64,000 nucleotides of DNA from positions 2,833,151 through 2,897,150 of the forward strand of contig CAJINV010000007.1 of NCBI GenBank assembly GCA_905178155.1. The letters run 5' to 3'. Below, piece by piece: positions 61,701 through 64,000 of the stretch (position 1 is the first letter of the stretch; every line of letters starts with the position of its first letter). Origin of the DNA: Amoebophrya sp. A120 (lineage: Eukaryota > Protista > Dinoflagellata). The position numbers were made by a program, and so were the translations under genes. The notes beneath the pieces were generated by a model. It saw only the letters and a list, made by a program, of their open reading frames with translations, had not been told where the DNA came from and searched no databases.

Positions 61701-64000
61701 CCAAGCGCCCAGCATCATCACCAGAGGCTGACGGGAGTACCCGCGCGGAGGGATCTTGACAGACAGGTGCAGAATCGAATGCGCCTGTGTTTGTCGTTAA
61801 TGCCGCCGGATCAACAAACGGAGTGGGTCCGCCGGTGCGTGAGCCAGTGCTAGTAGTTTTCTGTAGGATTGTCTTACACCGCGCATTCACGCGGTTCCGG
61901 ATATGCTGCAAAGACAGTTTTTCATCGACCAGTTTGAAGTCGAAGGGGATCTCGAAGTCGCGCACCGGCCACGAAACACCCACGTCCTTGGCCGCAAGGT
62001 CGAGAATGTTGCTTCGGACGACAATAGGCGGGACGGTCGCCGCCAACGATGGAGCTGCCTTGTCGGCCGGGGCAGCATAAAAGTTTACCTTTCCCGGCCA
62101 TCTCCAAATCATACTCGTCAAAATGCGGCATACCGCGGCGTCACGCAGGTTGCTTGTAAGTAGTAGTCCGACAACATCGACTCGGGGACGCGAAAGGAGC
62201 ACGGAGGGGCAGGGAAGTAAGTCCCCAAGCGCTTGGCCCACATTGGCAGCGAAGCGAACATCTGCGCGGAGGTCAGCAGCAGCAAACACTGTGCCAACTT
62301 GCCATGTCATGCAGATTTGCACTGACAGGCACATTTGTAATGCGCATCTCCATGAGCGGAATTGCTAGTCGTGTTTTGGCATTTGTAATGCTGTAACCAG
62401 GATAAGCAGATGGATTTGTGATGCGTTAGCCCATCCTAACCTGCACTACAGTACGGGCTTGTACTTGTGATGCATGAGTCCCGAAACTTCTACGTTTGTG
62501 TTGCAAAATCCCCATCCTGACTCTGGTGTGGGTACGTTTTTACTCAGGATAGTCCCGGTCGGCCGCGTTCGCCGCGGTCCCCAAGGTATGGAAGCGTCAG
62601 GTTTGAAATCGTCAAAGTTGAAATAATTTGTAATGCATAAAATGCATGACCCGCGGCACGTGTGTTGCAGAGCAGGCAAGTGCGGCCGATTGTAAGCCTG
62701 TTTGGGGCTACAGCTCGAGCTGCTAAAGTAGCATGAGAGAAGCGCTCTTCTTTGCCTAAACAGCATGACAAACTGGATTTAGGGACCACCGAAATTTGTC
62801 ATGCGCCACTTGGAAACTGGGTTCCAACTGGCATCCATTTTATGCATGACAAATTATCTCAACTTTGTCGATTTCAACTCTGACACATCCATACAAGGTC
62901 GCGGTACCGTAGGCCGTGTAGATGTCCTCGGTCGGTTCCCCCGCGGCCCCAGCGGCCGGGCGGCTGCGCCGCCGCCGCAGCATGAAGGCCAAGCACAGGC
63001 ACAACAGCACCACCACGGCGCCGATCCCCACACCGCCCTGCCAATTGAAGCCGATCGAACCCTTGGCGTGGTCTGCTTCACCTGGTGCACGTTGAAGTTT
63101 TGTTCAACAATTTCATGAATACATGGAGCGAATGATGATTAAAGCACGCGGTTGTCCGTCGGTGGAACCAAAAAAAGAAACCGTGGCCAATATGCATACG
63201 CAAACGAGGCGCATCTGGATTTTCTGGTTGGATGTGGGTATAGATCTGATATCTTATTCTTAGATAGAATGGATAAAGGCAAATATACCCGCAGCGGACA
63301 AGTTGCCGTGGTTGTCGTTCAGGAAGGCGTCGGTGCTATTACCTGCATTTGGTGGTAGATAAGTACATTTTATTAAATAAGTCGTAGTTCGTGATCCGCG
63401 CGGTGGTTCACACAAATATCTGTCATGCTCATGCGAGAGAAGAGGAAGACGAAGCCATTATCATTAAATCAAATACTTATGACTAATTACCGTGGGGCAG
63501 CAACGCCTTGACCGCATCGACATCGGCTTTCTTGCGGATGATCCTGAGTAAAAACGTACCCACACCAGAGTCAGGATGGAGATTTTGCAACACAAACCTA
63601 GGAGTTTTGTGAGTCACGCATGACATAAACAGACTGTGCTACTGCGGGAATGGCATTGTGTTTCGGGTGAGTTGATCAACCCAAAGACGCCGCCACCCCG
63701 GTTGACACGCATGACAAGTTGCACTCTGCAGTGTAGTGCAGGTTAGCAAGTGCAGCCGCATCACAGATTCATCTGCTCATCCTTTTTACACCATCAAAAA
63801 TTCCAAAACACGATTGGAAATGGCTCTCATGGGGATGCGCATTACAAGTCTTCCTGTCTTTGCAAATCTGCATTACAACTCTGGTGTGGGGACGTTTTTA
63901 CTCAGGATACGGATGATCCCGTCATCGTCCAGGCACTCGTCAGAGTCGAGCTCACGGTCGCTATGGGGGTGTCAGGATCGAAAACGACAAAATCAAAAAA
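58789..64000 (-). CDS. 5'-incomplete membrane protein gene hosting three introners
   Basis: One exon reads DECLDDDGIIR-KKADVDAVKALLPH across the 63540 element. Another exon has a TM segment GIGAVVVLLCLCLAFML followed by RRRR and continues TATL-GTAANAADRD-STFIIDSPVSQQG across the 62587 and 58836 elements. Confidence 0.55.
59216..59614. repeat. Dispersed GGGATGCGGCCC motif array in A-rich spacers
   Basis: Copies at 59216, 59344, 59439 (GGATGCGGCCC), 59478 (GGGGTGCGGCCC) and 59603. Confidence 0.8.
61339..62334 (-). CDS. 331-aa ORF of unknown function inside the giant element
   Basis: Longest ORF in the internal segment. It starts in the introner arm and has a basic C-terminal tail (TPKSRQR, KRK, KTRKKAK). 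No catalytic motif recognised. Confidence 0.45.
   Translation of the reverse strand: MCLSVQICMTWQVGTVFAAADLRADVRFAANVGQALGDLLPCPSVLLSRPRVDVVGLLLTSNLRDAAVCRILTSMIWRWPGKVNFYAAPADKAAPSLAATVPPIVVRSNILDLAAKDVGVSWPVRDFEIPFDFKLVDEKLSLQHIRNRVNARCKTILQKTTSTGSRTGGPTPFVDPAALTTNTGAFDSAPVCQDPSARVLPSASGDDAGRLASLKTGVVVPVHDSSFSYDPALIVDSQVSVDAALCDMPPCGLVPPVSAKGTTSGATPKSRQRVRDGREPTAAAVATSTKRKLVTTAGAASATTPKTRKKAKTMAATPAHPEELPLAPARS
62587..62893. mobile_element. Introner family 3, TSD CAAGG
   Basis: CAAGG at 62582-62586 and 62894-62898. Near-identical to the 51925 element. Confidence 0.92.
63540..63909. mobile_element. Introner family 4 (TIR (T)ATCCTGAGTAAAAACGT.CCCACACCAGAG), TSD CGGAT
   Basis: TIRs of about 31 bp. 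CGGAT at 63535-63539 and 63910-63914; the direct repeat extends to CGGATGATCC. Confidence 0.9.

Larger units (their letters stand above)
58836..62551. mobile_element. Giant (3716 bp) introner family 4 element with 3.4-kb internal segment, TSD GTCCC
   Basis: Left TIR TATCATGCGTAAAAACGTCCCCACCCCAGAG and right TIR CTCTGGTGTGGGTACGTTTTTACTCAGGATA. GTCCC at 58831-58835 and 62552-62556. The ends align to the short 63540 element. Confidence 0.85.

Noticed and set aside
1-64000. Genome-wide stop-codon reassignment; spliced-leader, tRNA or rRNA genes
   Set aside because: Long ORFs are open in the standard code and conserved proteins end at normal stops. I did not recognise a dinoflagellate SL or a structured RNA gene by eye.

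Overview
This is eukaryotic nuclear DNA, most likely from a syndinian dinoflagellate parasite (Amoebophrya-like). The assignment is an inference from the intron architecture and the one-strand gene order. About 15 protein-coding genes all lie on the minus strand. They include a DUF938/METTL26-like methyltransferase, a SET-domain lysine methyltransferase, a SAM-FHA-FHA-RING protein, AP-1 sigma, a zinc-knuckle coiled-coil protein, a membrane pyrophosphatase, two NIPA/DMT paralogs, an EF-hand protein and an ABCG half-transporter. The dominant signal is 14 MITE-like introner elements in four terminal inverted repeat (TIR) families. They have TAT...ATA ends (first base altered in two copies), a 5-bp target-site duplication (TSD) and repeated internal TGTCATGC-like motifs. 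All sit inside coding exons, and removing the element plus one TSD copy restores the reading frame. Three families occur in both orientations relative to the host gene, and most elements cannot use GT-AG boundaries. The standout is a 3.7-kb family-4 element (58836-62551). It is a short introner expanded by a 3.4-kb internal segment bounded by TGTCATGC direct repeats, carrying ORFs, a motif array and a nested hairpin. It is a candidate progenitor element or a parasite of introners. Also notable: the pyrophosphatase has a Na+-pump-like signature, and one gene has a single in-frame TAG inside a peptide repeat.
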